Source of the DNA: Felis catus
Taxonomy: Eukaryota
Reading direction: 5' to 3'
NCBI RefSeq assembly: GCF_018350175.1
Contig: NC_058368.1
Span: 141,672,001-141,736,000, forward strand
Length of the DNA: 64,000 nt
Under the pieces are notes generated by a model that made no database searches, was not told the DNA's origin, and saw only the letters and a list, made by a program, of their open reading frames with translations. The translations under genes and the position numbers were made by a program. Within the stretch, counting starts at the first letter, position 1. The number at the start of each line of letters is the position of its first letter. Shown in pieces: positions 25,456 to 39,505 of this stretch.

Positions 25456-26028
25456 TGTAGCTGCAAAGATGAAACCCAATGCACCAGGCTTCCTAGTATT
25501 CACATTCCTGTGTAGTCTCCTTTCACATGGAATCTGGGCTGGCTCTATAACTTGCTTTAATCAAAAGATATGGCATAAGTGATGTTGTATCCTTTCCAGT
25601 AATACATCTTCAGAAGGCCTGGCAGCCTCTGTTTCTGCGCTATTGGGAGGCCTAGGCTACTATGTAAGAAGTTTAGTTACTCTGCTGGAGAATCCACCTA
25701 AAATAATCATGTGGAAAAGCTATGGGGACAGGGACAGAGGCTGAGACTACATGGAAGAGAAAAGCCTAGCCATATCAGCATCCAACTGGATCCAGCCTTC
25801 CAGCCATCCTTGCTAAAGCACGAGACATGTGAGGGAAGCCATTTTGGATATGCCAGACCTAGCCACCATCTGACTGTAACTATATGAGAAACTGCAAGAA
25901 AGAGCAATAGAAGAACCACCCAGTTGAAGCCATTTAACTTAAAGAATTCTCAGAGTTGGTAACAAATTGTTGTCTTAAGCGCCCAAGTTTTGAGATGATT
26001 TTCTACACAGCAACAGGTAATGGAAACA
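25456..26028 (+). mobile_element. MaLR solo LTR (MLT1F/G-like)
   Basis: End tgttgtcttaagcgcccaagttttgagatgattttctacacagcaacaggtaatggaaaca. Confidence 0.75.
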
Positions 26029-27540
26029 AATTCCCTTATATATTGCCACTCATCTTTAACTGCTGGGACATGAAGATTTTGCTTGATCAGAAACAAAGCT
26101 TGAGATTCTTATGGCCTGAATTAAGTACATCTCGTGGCAAGAAAGGGAGATATCATAGAAGACAACAGTGAGGGTTTACACTCTATAAGGAAGGAACATT
26201 TGAACTAAAACCCGAAGGATGTAAAAGGGTCAGATATGTGGTTCAGCTGGAGGAAGGGCATCCCTAACACAAGTGGAAAGACCCTGCGAAGAGGAAAAGA
26301 CCCTGCGTTGAGAAAACGCTGTGTGCTTTGGTACTTAGAGAACTATCCATAAGAGCAAAGACACAGAAGCAAGGAAATCCCAGTTCTGTTGGTTACTATG
26401 TGGCAAAACCTGAACCTTAGACTCCCAATTCTCTTAGCCAGTGACAGTAATCTCTTCATTCCCACAGGGAAGAGAACAAGATGAAGGTGTTTGAGGAATT
26501 CAACCAACATGATGAACATGTAAATTAGAAATGCAGTGGTCTGAATCCAGGCCTTCCGAAAATAGGAAGAAAGATCTCAGATACACAACCTAACCTTACA
26601 CCTTAAGGAACTGGAGAAAAAAACAGCAAATAAAACCCCAAACCAGTAGAAGACAGGAAATAATAAAGATTAGAGCAGAAATTAATGCTATCGAAACCAA
26701 AAAAACAGTAGAACAGATCAATGAAACCAGAAGCTGGTTCTTTGAAAGAATTAACAAAATTGATAAACCACTAGCCAGTTTGATCAAGAAAAAAAGGAAG
26801 GACCCAAATAAGTAAAATCAAGAATGAAAGAGGAGAAATCACAACCAACATAACAGAAATAAAAACAATAATAAGAGAATATTATGGGCAATTATATGTC
26901 AATAAAATGGGCAATCTGGAAAAAATGGACAAATTCCTAGAAATATATACACTACCAAAACTGAAACAGGAAGGAATAGAAAATTTGAACAGACCCATAA
27001 CGAGTAAGGAAATAGAATTAGTAATCAAAAATCTGCCAAAAAACAAGAGTCCAGGGCCAGATGGCTTTCCAGCGGAATTCTACCAAACATTTAAGGAAGA
27101 GTTAACACTTATTCTCTTGAAACTGTTCCAAAAAATAGAAATGGAAGGAAAAGTTCCAAACTCTTTCTATGAAGCCAGCATTACCCTGATTCCCAAACCA
27201 GAATCTCTCTAAAAAAGAGAACTATAGACCAATTTCCCTGATGAACATGGATGCAAAAATCCTCAACAAGATATTAGCCAACTGGATCCAAGAATACATT
27301 AAAAAAAAGTATTCACCACTACCAAGTGGGATTTACACCTGGGATGCAGGGCTGGGTCAATATCTGCAAAACAATTAACATCATTCATCACATCAATAAA
27401 AGAAAGGACAAGAACCATATGATCCTCTCAATAGATGCAGAGAAAGGATTTGACAAAACACGGCATCCTTTCTTGATAAAAACCCTCAAGAAAGTAGGGA
27501 TAGAAGGATAATACCTCGAGATGATAAAACCCATATATGA

Positions 27541-28863
27541 ATGACCCATGCTAATGTCATCCTGAATGGGGAAAAACTGAGAGCTTTCCCCCTAAGGTCA
27601 GGAACAAGACAGGGATGTCCACTCTCGCCACTGTTATTCAACATAGTATTGGAAGTCTTAGCCTCTGCAATCAGACAACACAAAGAAATAAAAGGCATCC
27701 AAATCGGCCAGGAGGAGGTCAAACTTTCACTCTTCGCAGATGACATGATACTCTATATGGAAAACCCAAAAGATTCCACCAAAAAACTGCTAGAACCGAT
27801 TCATGAATTCAGCAAAGTTTCAGGATATAAAATCAATGCACAGAAATCGGTTGCATTCCTATACATCAACAATGAAGTGACAGAAAGAGAAATCAAGGAA
27901 TCAATCCCATTTACAGTTGCACAAAACACCATAAAATACCTAGGAATAAATCTAACCAAAGAGGTGAAAAATCTATACACAGAAAACTATAGAAAGCTTA
28001 TGAAAGAAATTGAAGAAGACACAAAGAAATGGAAAAAGATTCCATGCTCCTGGATAGGAAGAACAAATATTGTTAAAATGTCGATACTACCCAAAGCAAT
28101 CTACATATTCAATGCGATCCCTATCAAAGTAACACCAGCATTCTTCACAGAGCTAGAACAAATAATCCTAAAATTTGTATGGAACCAGAAAAAAGCCCAA
28201 ATAGCCAAAGCAATCTTGAAAAAGAAAACCAAAGCAGGAGGCATCACAATCCCAGACTTCAAGCTATACTACAAAGCTGTAATCATCAAGACAGTATGGT
28301 ATTTGCACAAGAACAGACACTTAGATCAATGGAATAGAATAGAGAACCCAGAAATGGACCCACAAACGTATGGGCAACTAATCTTGGACAAAGCAAGAAA
28401 GAATATCCAATGGAATAAAGACAGTCTCTTCAGCAAGTGGTGGTGGGAAAACTGGACAGTGACATGCAGAAAAATGAATCTGGACCACTTTCTTACACCA
28501 TACACAAAAATAAACTCAAAGTGGATGAAAGACCTCAATGTAAGACAGGAAGCCATCAAAATCCTCGAGGAGAAAGCAGGCAAAAACCTCTTTGATCTTG
28601 CCCGCAGCAATTTCTTACTCAACACGTCTTCAGAGGCAAGGGAAACAAAAGCAAAAATGAACTATTGGGACCTCATCAAAATAAAAAGCTTCTGCACAGC
28701 AAAGGAAACAATCAGCAAAACTAAAAGGCAACCGACAGAATGGGAGAAGATATTTGCAAATGACATATCAGATAAAGGGTTAGTATCTAAAATCTACAAA
28801 GAACTAATCAAACTCAACACCCAAAAAACAAATAATCCAGCGAAGAAATGGGAAAAGACATGA
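27541..28863 (+). pseudogene. L1 ORF2 reverse transcriptase fragment (440-aa open stretch of a disrupted ORF2)
   Basis: [22 protein letters not shown] and KYLGINL motifs; flanking ORF2 segments lie in other frames; endonuclease domain absent. Confidence 0.95.
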
Positions 28864-29304
28864 ATAGACACTTCTCCAAAGAAGACATCCAGATGGCCAA
28901 CCGACACATGAAAAAATGCTCCACACCACTCATCATCAGGGAAATACAAATCAAAACCACAATGAGATACCACCTTACACTTGTCAGATTGGCTAACATT
29001 AACAACTCAGGCAACAACAGATGTTGGTGAGGATGCAGAGAAAGAGGATCTCTTTTGCATTGTTGGTGGCAATGCAAGCTGGTGCAGACACTCTGGAAAA
29101 CAGTATGGAGGTTCCTCAAAAAACTAAAAATAGAACTACCCTACGACCCAGCAATTGCACTACTAGGCATTTATCCAAGGGATACAGGTATGCGGTTTCA
29201 AAGGGACACATGCACCCCCATGTTTATAGCAGCACTATCAACAATAGCCAAAGTATGGAAAGAGCCCAAATTTCCATCAATGAATGAATGGATAAAGAAG
29301 ATGT

Positions 29305-29307
<3 letters not shown>

Positions 29308-29352
<45 letters not shown>
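29308..29352. repeat. (TA)n expansion inside the L1 ORF2 C-terminus
   Basis: Directly visible. Confidence 0.95.
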
Positions 29353-29356
<4 letters not shown>

Positions 29357-29899
29357 ATGGAGTATTACTCGGCAGTCAAAAAGAATGAAATCTTGCCATT
29401 TGCAACTACGTGGATGGAACTGGGGGGTATTATGCTAAGTGAAATTAGTCAGAGAAAGACAAAAATCATACGACTTCACTCATATGAGGACTTTAAGGGA
29501 CAAAACAGATGAACATAAGGGAAGGGAAACAAAAATAATATAAAAACAGGGAGGGGGACAAAACAAAAGAGACTCATAAATATGGAGAACAAACTGAGGG
29601 TTGCTGAAGGGGTTGTGGGAGGGGGGATGGGCTAAATGGGTAAGGGGCATTAAGGAATCTACTCCTGAAATCATTTTGGATGTAAATTTTAAAAAATAAA
29701 AAATAAAGTTAAATTATAAAAAAAAAGAAATGCAGTGGTCCGATAAAGCTATTTCTCAGCTGGGCCCCACTCTGTGCAACCCTGTGCAAATGGTATGTAT
29801 CTTAATAGACACTTTCTCCTCTATAGCAGTGAGGTCAAGTGCAGGAAATGGAAACTAATCTAGGTAGTTAATGTAGGGAATTGAGTGCTTACAAAATCT

Positions 29900-30490
29900 T
29901 TGGAAGCAACCAATATGTTCTTTAGTACATGAATGAATAAATAAACTGTGGTATACCCATACAATGGACTATTCATCAGTGTTAAAAAGAAATGAGCTAT
30001 CAAGCCATGAAAAGACATGAAGGAAACTTAAATGAATATTACTGTGTGAAAGACCCCAATCTAAAAAGACTATCCACTCTATGATTCCAACTACAATCTG
30101 AAAAATGCAAAACTATGGAGAGAGTAAAAAATCAGTGGTTGGCAAGGGGTTACAGGTAGGGAAGGATGAATAAGGGAAGCACAAATGATTTTTAGGGCAG
30201 TGAAACTGCTCTGTAGGAAAATATAATCATGGAAAATGTCATCTATTTGTCAAAGGCTACAGAATGTACAATATCAAGAATGAACCCTAATGTAACTAAC
30301 TATAGGGTCTGGGTGACAAAGAAGTGTCAACATAGGGTTATTGATTGTAGCAAATGTACCATGTGGTGCTAGAATGTTGATAGTAGGGGAGGTTAGAGAG
30401 AGGTGAGTAGAGGAGAGAGGATATATGAGAACTATCTGTATTTTTCATTCAACCTTGCTGTGAACCTAAAACTGCCCTAAAAAATAAAGT
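29900..30490 (+). mobile_element. Old L1M (MB/MC-like) 3' end
   Basis: aaactgtggtatacccatacaatggac...gaaccctaatgtaact...tgtgaacctaaaactg. Confidence 0.85.
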
Positions 30491-31105
30491 ATGGAGGTTC
30501 CTCCAAAAATGAAAAATATAAATACATATGACCCAGTAATTCCACTACTGGGTATTTACCCAAAGAACACAAAAACACTAATTTGAAAAGATATATGCAC
30601 TCCTATGTTTACTACAGCATTATTTACTATGGAAGCAACCAGTTTTCCATCCATAGATGAATTGATAAAGAAGATGTGGCTGATAGATAGATAGATAGAG
30701 ACATATACATACATACCTGCAAACATACATACATACACATACAAGGGAATATTACTCAGCCATAAAAAAGAATGAGATCTTGCCATTTGTGACAACATGT
30801 ATGGACCCACAAGGTATGGTGCTAGGTGAAATAAGTCAGATGGAGAAAGATGAATACCATTTGATTTTACTTATATGTGGAATCTAAAGCACAAAGCAAA
30901 TGAACAAAGAAATAAAAAAAAAACCACATCTTAAATACAGAAAACAAACTGGTGGTTGCCAGAGGGGAAGGAGTTGGGGGATGGGTAAAACAGGTGAAGG
31001 GGATTAAGAGGTAAAAACTTCCAGTTATAAAATCAGTAAGTCATGAGGAGAAAAGTATAGCAAAGTAATATAGTCAATAATATTTAATAATGTTGTATGG
31101 TGCAG
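30491..31105 (+). mobile_element. Carnivore L1 3' fragment inserted in the tail of the older L1
   Basis: tatggaggttcctcc...; TSD aaaaaataaagt. Confidence 0.85.
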
Positions 31106-31844
31106 AAAAAAATAAAGTCTATTATAAAACAAAACAAAAATCATTGCAAAGCCTGAAAAAGAAGTATCAGAATGAGCTCCAGAAATGATTCCCAAAACAG
31201 CATTGCCAAACTAGCCCTCTAGGGAGTGCTTCCTCTGCCAGTGCCAAGAAGTGGGGTGTCAGGAAGCCACTAGTGGAACTATCTAGAACATACCACTGTA
31301 GCTGTGGTTCAGAGATCAGGAAGCTGCCACCCCCCACAAATCTTAAAGCTTGTATCACTCTTAAAGCTGGAGACTGAAAAGTGAAATGCTCCTACATGAA
31401 AACCTAAAGTCTCCATGATTTCGACTGTCAGCAGAAAACATCTGAAAATATCAGGATGTCCTCTGCCTAATTTCTGCCTTCAACATGTTCCAAAGGTGCA
31501 AACAACAGGCAGAACTTATTTGCATCCAAAACAAAAGCTACAACATAGAAAATGTAGTGTTTAGCTTTCCAGACTCTGCTATATAGAAAAGCACACGGGA
31601 AGGAGGAATGGATGCCAAGGGCCCCGCCACCATACTCAATACAACCTTCGCTGACCTGACAGTCCACACCCTAGCCCCTGGAATGTATGAGGGGTGAGGT
31701 TGTATTGGCAAAGCTTCCATCACCATCATGTTTTCTGTCCAGTCATATAAATCAGAATATTTCTCTGAAGGTGAAGGTAGGAAACCTCTCCGATCTGTGG
31801 GTCAATGTACTGTGCCAAATCAGGCCGTCTTCTCATTCTCTCCC

Positions 31845-32312
31845 TGTTGTGTTGTGGCACCCATGAGAATGCACCTCGTAGACCTCCAATGCCTGGGAGT
31901 TAGTTAATTGACCAACGATCCCAAGTGTTTTGCTGTGAAATCCATCATCATGTTTGTACCAAGATTTCACTTCCCAACTTCTTACAAGCTGCTCCCAGAC
32001 ACTGACTGGGTGCAGCGGAGAGACTAAGGCAGCCTGTTCGTGGGAGACAGAGACTCCTCTGATGGCCAGCTTTTGCTTGTGGACTCCCTGACAACCTTTC
32101 CCAAATGTATGTCACACTGTAGGCAAGTCCTGGATGCTGTCACTCAACCTTCCTTTCCTCTACCCTTCACTGAGGGTCAGACATGCATCAAAGTCAACTA
32201 GTTCTGCCAGCCTTATCTAGCTCCTTCCCATGTACTCTTACATGCATTTCCTCTGATCAAATCCTTGCATTCTATTTTGATGGCTGCTTCTTGGAGAACC
32301 TGAACCAACATA
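31845..32312 (+). mobile_element. LTR16-like ERVL solo LTR
   Basis: tgtggcacccatgagaatgcacc... to aaatccttgca...ctgcttcttggagaacctgaaccaaca. Confidence 0.65.
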
Positions 32313-33034
32313 CTTGGCCTCACTCATTCTGAACTCAAGACTTTGCTCTCTGTTCCTGACTGAACTCCCACCTGCAACGACTTGTCACATCTTTCTCACA
32401 TACTCAAATCCTACCCCTCTTGTGGATCCAATACCAATCATACCTCCTCCATGAAGTCTTCCCTGCCTATTCTTGTCCTCCCAGATCCACACATTTTGCA
32501 GGTCTTCTATTGTCTCTGGTTGCAAGAATATTGACATATATTGAGCTCCTTTAACATTTGAGGGCAAGGAATAGGTCAGGCATTCTTTATTAATATCCAT
32601 AGTCCTTCTTAATGGAAAAGAGAACAGAATACAGTGGCTCTATTAAACTCTTGTTGAAATTATTGAATAGTTTGTAATTTAAAAAATGATAATTCTACCA
32701 ACAAATAGAGGCAGGTATGTTGGTTCAGGTTTTCCAGCTAATAAACTGAATAAGCTTTTAGGGAGCACTGGGAAATGAGACCCCATCATTAACTTTTGGT
32801 GACTATGTAAAATTGCATAAACTTACTTGAGGCCAATTTGGCAATACGTAGCAGAAGTCTAAAAATGCACTTATTCTTTAACTTCTTTTTGTCTTTCTAG
32901 TAATATATCCCAAGGGAAACTTTAAATTACAAACATGTCAGTATAGCAGAGGTGGAGCTAAAGCAGGTACTTTTTATGAATGGGATCTACACAGAGAAAA
33001 CAGACCCACAAGGCATAGGTCAGACACAAGTAAG

Positions 33035-33152
33035 CTTCTTTTCCTTCTCTTCTGTTTCCTCTCTCCTCCCCTCCCTCTTTTCTCTGCCCCCCTTCCCACT
33101 CCTCCTTTTCTTCCTCTTCTCTTTCTCTTTCCTCCTCCCCCTTCATCTTCTT
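33035..33152. repeat. Polypyrimidine/polypurine low-complexity tract
   Basis: About 115 bp of nearly pure C/T. Confidence 0.85.
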
Positions 33153-34811
33153 GATAATTAAGCTTTAATTCTACTTCTAGTGATTTTTAGACCCACTGGG
33201 AAAGGAAAGAGAGGATCTCTAGTCAAAGAAGCTTTTATAGGCTGTTTATACATCTCTGATATTTTCATGGGACCCTGAGGAATAAGGTGCACCTCACCTT
33301 TGAGATTCTAAACCTACCCCCACATGAAAAGCAGAGATCAATTTGGTTAAATAACTGCTAATGCTGGGTGGGCAGGGGAACTGTTGCTTACCAGACTGAA
33401 AATGGGCAATAGAATTATTCTGTAAGGATCCTGCACATTCAGGATGTCTCTCCATCCAATACAAGGGTTTTAGGTAAAGGGCAGTCTAATTGCTTGAATC
33501 TAGCAATTAGAGCAAGTGCCCTCACCTGCCACACTAGCAGGACTTCAGCCCTCCTCATTCCTTGTAAGTCTCTGAGTTTCCAGAAGGAGAGCTGATAGCT
33601 AATGCATAATCAGAGCTACTAACTTCCTCTCTGTGGTCCCTTGCTTCAGCTCCTGCTCACTCCCTCTCTGGATCTGGGCCTTTGGGTGTTGACGCCAGGG
33701 CAGAATCTCTCTGGGCCCCATGCTTAGCCTCCACTGCCTCTGATCCCCTTCCCTACTGCCCTGTTAGGCATTTCCTTACAATCTCTGCCTGCAGATCTCC
33801 ACTGCTTACCTTCCTCTCCACACTATAGGAAAGCACCTGACTCTTCCCGGCTCTCTGTCTGAAGAGGTCGCTTAGCAACAGGAGCTGGCCTGGCACTCCT
33901 GGACACAGCTCCCTCACTCCTGCCCTCTGGGAATCCTGGGCTGTCCAAGGGGACCCAGAATAGGAGTTATCACAGTACAGCCCTGTGGCCCCTGCTGCTC
34001 ATAATGTTCTTCCAGACTCCTTATTCATTCCTGGTGATTTTTCTCTGAGCAGCACATTTCCCCTCCCCGCTACCCAGCTTATACTGAGCAATCCCTCAGG
34101 CTGACATGTAGATATAGGTCTGAACCCCAATTTTGGATATGGTTAAAGTTCTTTCCTATAAATGGGTATCTAGCCAATCTGGGGATATTGCAGCCTTTCT
34201 GTTTAAAAGAGGCCATGACTAGCCCTGCTCTTAGAAAGCCCATGAGTGGTCAAAAATGGAAAAGTCCTTGGTTCTAGAGGTCAAAAACAGTTAAGGAGAG
34301 GTTGCTCCACTGCTGGAACAGCAATAATTTCAAGACACAGATCCCAGGCATTGGGTCTGAAGGACAAGTATTAATGGTACTGTAGGCATGAGGAGGCACC
34401 AGATTCTTCTAGGCTTTTATGACCCGGTCATGGCATGTGAGCTACCATAGTAAGTGGCAGAGCTGTCCTCAAGCCCAGATAAACCCAAGACTCACATCAC
34501 CCCAACTCAGATCAGGCAAGAAACCTCATTATCAAGACTGGGCCTTTTGCTTATTTGTTTAAAACTCAACAGTTTTCTTAGGCCTTTACCTCAGATCAAT
34601 GTCTGTCAATGGATTTTGTATGTTTTCTTCATGAGGGCCTGAATAACAAACAGGCCTTGTTATTATACAGGTTTTCCTCCCCTATAAAATTTGACAGAAC
34701 AATAAAAATGATGCCTAATATTTTCTAGTAATTTCTCATTTGTATTATTTAAATCTTTTATTTTTATTTTATAACATTTTTAAGTCATTTTTTATATAAA
34801 CAGATAGTATT

Positions 34812-34942
34812 TTTATTATTTTATTTTTTGTTTATTTTTAAGTAGGCTCCATGCCCAACATGTAGCCCAATGTAGGACTTGAACTGACAACCCTGAGATC
34901 AAGATTCCAGTGCTTAAACCAACTGAGCCACTCAGGTACCCC
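34812..34942 (-). mobile_element. Short CanSINE
   Basis: taagtaggctccatgccc...ctgagatcaag...gagccactcaggtaccc. Confidence 0.85.
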
Positions 34943-35009
34943 ACAAATTGACAGTATTTTTAAACCTGTCTTTTTTATTACCCTTAAAATTTGGGAAGGA
35001 ATTTTCTTA

Positions 35010-35170
35010 TACATAATCTCATTTGATTATCACAAAGCGAGTTATAACAAGTTTCTTTACTCCTGTTTGAAAATGAAGAAACTGAGTCACAGAAAAGTTA
35101 AGTTGATTTGTTCAAGGTCACAGCTAATAGGTAACAAAGCTAGAAGTAGAATCCTACTTCTCATTCTCCC
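35010..35170 (-). mobile_element. MIR fossil
   Basis: atgaagaaactgagtcacagaaaagttaagttgatttgttcaaggtcacagcta. Confidence 0.8.
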
Positions 35171-36666
35171 TTTAATCTTCTTTCTTCCACTGGACCAAAC
35201 TAGATCATAATGAATTGATATAAGTAAGCAAGTTTGATTCCTGGTCCTGCTTGCATTTTCCAAATTGGCCAAGAGATTGTATTTATAAAGGCCATGATCT
35301 TAAACTTGATGATGACTGGAGAACATTATGTGAAAAAAAGAGCTTCTAGGGGAGTAAGGAAAACCTAAGTTCTCCCAAGTTTCCAGGAGCACTATCACTC
35401 AGGTATATACCATAGGAGCAGATAAAAGCAGGGAGAAGAGTAAAAGAAAGCCTGTCTGAACTTCTGTCCACTCTCCTGGCCCCAGAGGTGGTCTCATTAC
35501 CTCGTCATTTCATGAGATTTCACAAGGCTGTGGACCCATGCTGCACACTGGCAGGGCAGAAGTTTGGTGAGAGAGAGTGGGAGCCTCCCCTTACCTGAGG
35601 ATGCCTCTAAGTCACTTCCTCATGTGGCCTTTCTTCTGCATTTACATGATATATACCCCAGGTAAATAGCAGTGCTCTGAAATCTACATAGTGAGTATCA
35701 AGGAAAGTTCTACTGAATGGAGAATAGCTTCTAAGACCTGCAGCCACATAAATTCTAACACTACTGGGTACTGGCTACAATAATTCCTTCAGAAACTATT
35801 TTAAACTCCACAACATTTAATTTAAAATAAATTGCAAAAAAAAAAAAATTGCATAAAACTATTTTCAAATTAAAAATTAAGCTTTTAATTCAACTAAAAT
35901 TGTGCCAAAGCCCTCAAGTGTTTGATGTTATGGATGACTGGTTCATAATCCCAAGTTTGGAAAAATACAAATATGGCTAGCTCAGAATCAAATATGCTAG
36001 GTTTACTTTTAAAGAAATCATTATTTGATGAAACATTCAGTGCTTTATAAATTGAAAACAAAAAACTCATAGCTTCTGAGCAGCAGGCCATATAGGCCAA
36101 GCTATTTTTTCCAGTCCTGAGAGTTATCTGTGCAAGGAGCCACACTGAAAATTTCCCTTTGATCAATAGGATGGATCTGTATGACATCTGACAGGGTGGG
36201 TTGTGGTCAAGGGACAGAACTTTAATGTGCAAGACACTTGTACAGGCAGGGGTTGGATATATGACGTGGCTTGGAAATACAAAAGAAGGATAAATACGTT
36301 TCAATGTATAATTTACACTATATTTATGATTCTGCTTTGATTTCAAAATAAATTAGTAATTAGAACTTCCCATCCTCATGCAGCTATATATTCAGAACAA
36401 AATCCTTGAAGCACTTTTAGATCATGGGCTCCCAGGATAAATGTCTGGATGGTTTGGGAATTTGACGTGGGGGAGAATGCTGCAGGAATATATATGGCAA
36501 AGGCAAACCACTTAAATACGTCCTGAATTGTGCAATGGATTTTAGTATCACTGTGGTTAAATAATAACACTTTATGCATTTACTCATAACCACACTCCAT
36601 GTTGTTTCCTATAATCACCAGTATATGGAGTGGAGGAACTCTATTACTGCAGTTATGTCATCTCTA

Positions 36667-36853
36667 TTTCTTTTTTAGAGGCAGGGAGGGGCAGAGGGTG
36701 AGGGAAAAAGAGCATTTTAAACAGTTTCCACCGCCCACTGGGGGGCATGATGCAGGGCTCAATATCACCACCATGAAATCATGACCATGATATCATGACC
36801 TGAGCCGAGATCAAGAGTTGGACACTTAACCAACTGAGCTACCCGGGCATCCC
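36667..36853 (-). mobile_element. CanSINE
   Basis: Reverse head gagctacccgggcatccc; TSD-like gtcatctctat(t/c)t. Confidence 0.88.
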
Positions 36854-37324
36854 AGTCATCTCTATCTTTAGCCATCACTTTATTTACTCACCCAACAAAT
36901 AAATTTTAAACACAACTATAGAGGTGGCTCTATTGCTTAGTTGGTCTCACAAACACAACTGTGGGTCAGGCATTGAGCTAGACAGGTGGGGATAGAGAAA
37001 AAAGCAACACAGGCTATAGTCCTCACTTTTATGGAATTTAGAGTCAAGCTGTAGTTTTCTTTTAAGAGTTTTGCTTTTCTTTCCTGAATATTAAAATAAT
37101 AAATAATCCTTGCAAAAAATTGAAGTAATAATATTACCTAGCATAAACCAAGCACTAAATGTGCTAAGTACCCCATAAACATTATTTAATCTTCACAATA
37201 AACCCATGGAGGATATACTGTTATCTCCACTTTACATGAAAAAACTGTCTCAGTTGATGTGAGATTCAGGATATGGAACATGGTCTGACTTCAGAACCCA
37301 AGTTTTAAACATGTAGCTATATGG

Positions 37325-38050
37325 TAGTTATCTCCAAAATGGGGCATTCTCACTAGAAGTGTAAGAGAACCCACCAGGATACAGAGGGAAATATTAGAAA
37401 TTAACTATAGATTTATACCTATATTTAATATGGATTGACAGTGCAACAATACTTGGCACATATTTCAGCTAATGATAGTAAACAAAGAAAATGTGGACAC
37501 AGTCCTTAAGGAAGATGGGAGTTCAGAATCACAGAGAGTTGAGGAATTTAGTCAACTTCCTGGTTAGTTGATTTCTGGCTTATTACCATGTATTATACTT
37601 TTGTATATCTGTTAACTAGATTTATGATTCCATTATTTAGTTTTAACTAAACAAACCCCTCAAAATAGACCAACTTTTTTTAAGGTCACACTAACCATAA
37701 GCACATGTGAAGAACCAAAAATGGCAAAGTTGATAATTCCACAACTAAAAAAAGCTCTTTGTTAAGAGAAAACACAAGTATCCTATTGGATTTCATACTC
37801 AGTGACATTGTTCTCACTAAAATGTAACTAATAATAATTTTATTGAAATCAAAATGGCTTCCTATATTATTAATAAAAATAAATTTATACTTATTTTAAA
37901 GTATTATTTCCCCTTTACCTTATTCTTTAACATGTATATGCTTTCTAATATATGAATTATATTAATGTATACAACATAATAATGAACACATATACATATT
38001 TTGGGGGTATACATTCGAAACTTTTTGTGAAATCAAAAAATTTCAGATGT
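37325..38050. mobile_element. hAT-Charlie-like DNA transposon fossil
   Basis: Termini resemble Charlie elements; weak, by-eye assignment. Confidence 0.35.
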
Positions 38051-38624
38051 AGGAAAAGAATAATTCAATTCTAAAAACACTGTGATAAATATCTTTGTAA
38101 ATATACCCATGTGAACAAACTGTTTATTTTTGTAGAATACTACTAAGTAGAGGGATGATTATATCAAATGTCATGACCATTTTTGAAGCTTTTGATAAAT
38201 ATGGCCAAACTGCTTTCCAGAAAGCATTGCACTAATGTGCATGTCTAAGAACAGTAGAGGAGAAATCATTTTTTGATTGTACACTTGCCCATTTTGAGTA
38301 TTACCTTTTCTTATAATATTTTTTAATTTATAAGAGAAAAATGACCATTTTCTTTCAAGATTAATTTTTAGGTATGAAGCGATGGCTCGTATCATTTCAG
38401 TGTCCATTGAATACTTACCTCTCAGGTGTACACAAGGTGTTGGCCACATTTGGGCATTGACTGGGAAAGCATGTATTTCCTCAGAGTGGATATGAATGTG
38501 ATCTAAGAACAAATTATGAGAGGGGGAGCCAAACGCTGTCTTTCTTTTTTGTGAGTATCAATATGTATTTCTCAGAACACAAGAAAAAACTGAATAATAA
38601 CATCATTGAAAATGTAGTTATAGG

Positions 38625-38749
38625 GTAAACACATGCAAGAGAATCAAGGTGGACCCCTTCCTTCCCTTCTACACAAAATTAACTCAGAATTTATTGTAGA
38701 CCGAAATGCAAGAGCTCAAACTATAAAACTCTTAGAGGAAACCCAGGAG
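38625..38749 (+). mobile_element. Old L1M ORF2 fragment (host, left part)
   Basis: acacaaaattaactcag...aaactataaaactcttagaggaaacccaggag; continues at 46200. Confidence 0.85.
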
Positions 38750-39280
38750 GGGGAGGAGCCAACATGGCAGAGAAGTAGGGGGACCTGAAATTCCCTTGTC
38801 CCTAAAACACAGCCGTATTGAGTCCAGAAGACTTGGAATTCCAGGATCTGGGCTGCAGGGTAGCAGAAACATTCCAGGGGCACACAGGGACAACTTGGCA
38901 GCCATAGGTACATGATTGCGAATTGGGGGAGATAAAATGGGTGGCAAGGCATGGAAGGAAGGGATTCCCTTCTGTGAAGAGATGAGAGGAAGAGAAAAAG
39001 GCTATGAAAGTATAGGATTGTATTTGGACAAGAGAAAAACCACAGACCGGAGAACAGAAGGGGAGCTAGCCCCTGCTTGGTAGCGAGTTTGGAGGCACGG
39101 TCAAAGACAGCAGTCCCTTCCCTTGAGTGCTGTGTGCTGTGGGAAGAAGGTATATAGCTGCTCCAAACAAAAGATCCTACAGGCACCCACCAGCCAGAGG
39201 CCCTTTGTCGGCTGGATGGAGTGGTACTACCCAGGAACCAGAGTGCGTAGAGTGGGATCCTTTAAGACATCGGGGTTTGA

Positions 39281-39505
39281 GGGATGCCTGGGTGGCTCAG
39301 TCGGTTAAGCATCTGACTTTGGTTCAGGTCATGATCTCACAGTTTGTGGGTCCAAAATCCACATGGGACTCTGTGCTGACAGCTCAGAGCTTGGAGCCTG
39401 CTTTGGATTCTGTGTCTCCCTCTTTCTCTGTCCCTTCCCCAGCTTGTGCTCTGTCTCTTTCTTTCTCAAAAAAATAAATAAATAAATAAATAAACATAAA
39501 AAAAC
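39281..39505 (+). mobile_element. CanSINE in the L1 5' UTR
   Basis: TSD agacatc(g/a)gggtttga. Confidence 0.95.

Larger units (their letters stand above)
26545..29725 (+). mobile_element. 5'-truncated young felid L1 (~3.2 kb)
   Basis: ORF2 peptides, 3' UTR, A-tail; 18-bp TSD agaaatgcagtggtc(t/c)ga at 26527 and 29726. Confidence 0.97.

Noticed and set aside
26275..26310. Short tandem duplication aaagaccctgcg
   Set aside because: Ordinary slippage micro-duplication; similar ones at ~10510, ~25103 and ~36772
35894..36346. 150-aa minus-strand ORF in unique sequence
   Set aside because: Non-ATG start, no recognisable domain or exon structure; compatible with chance (a homology search would settle it)
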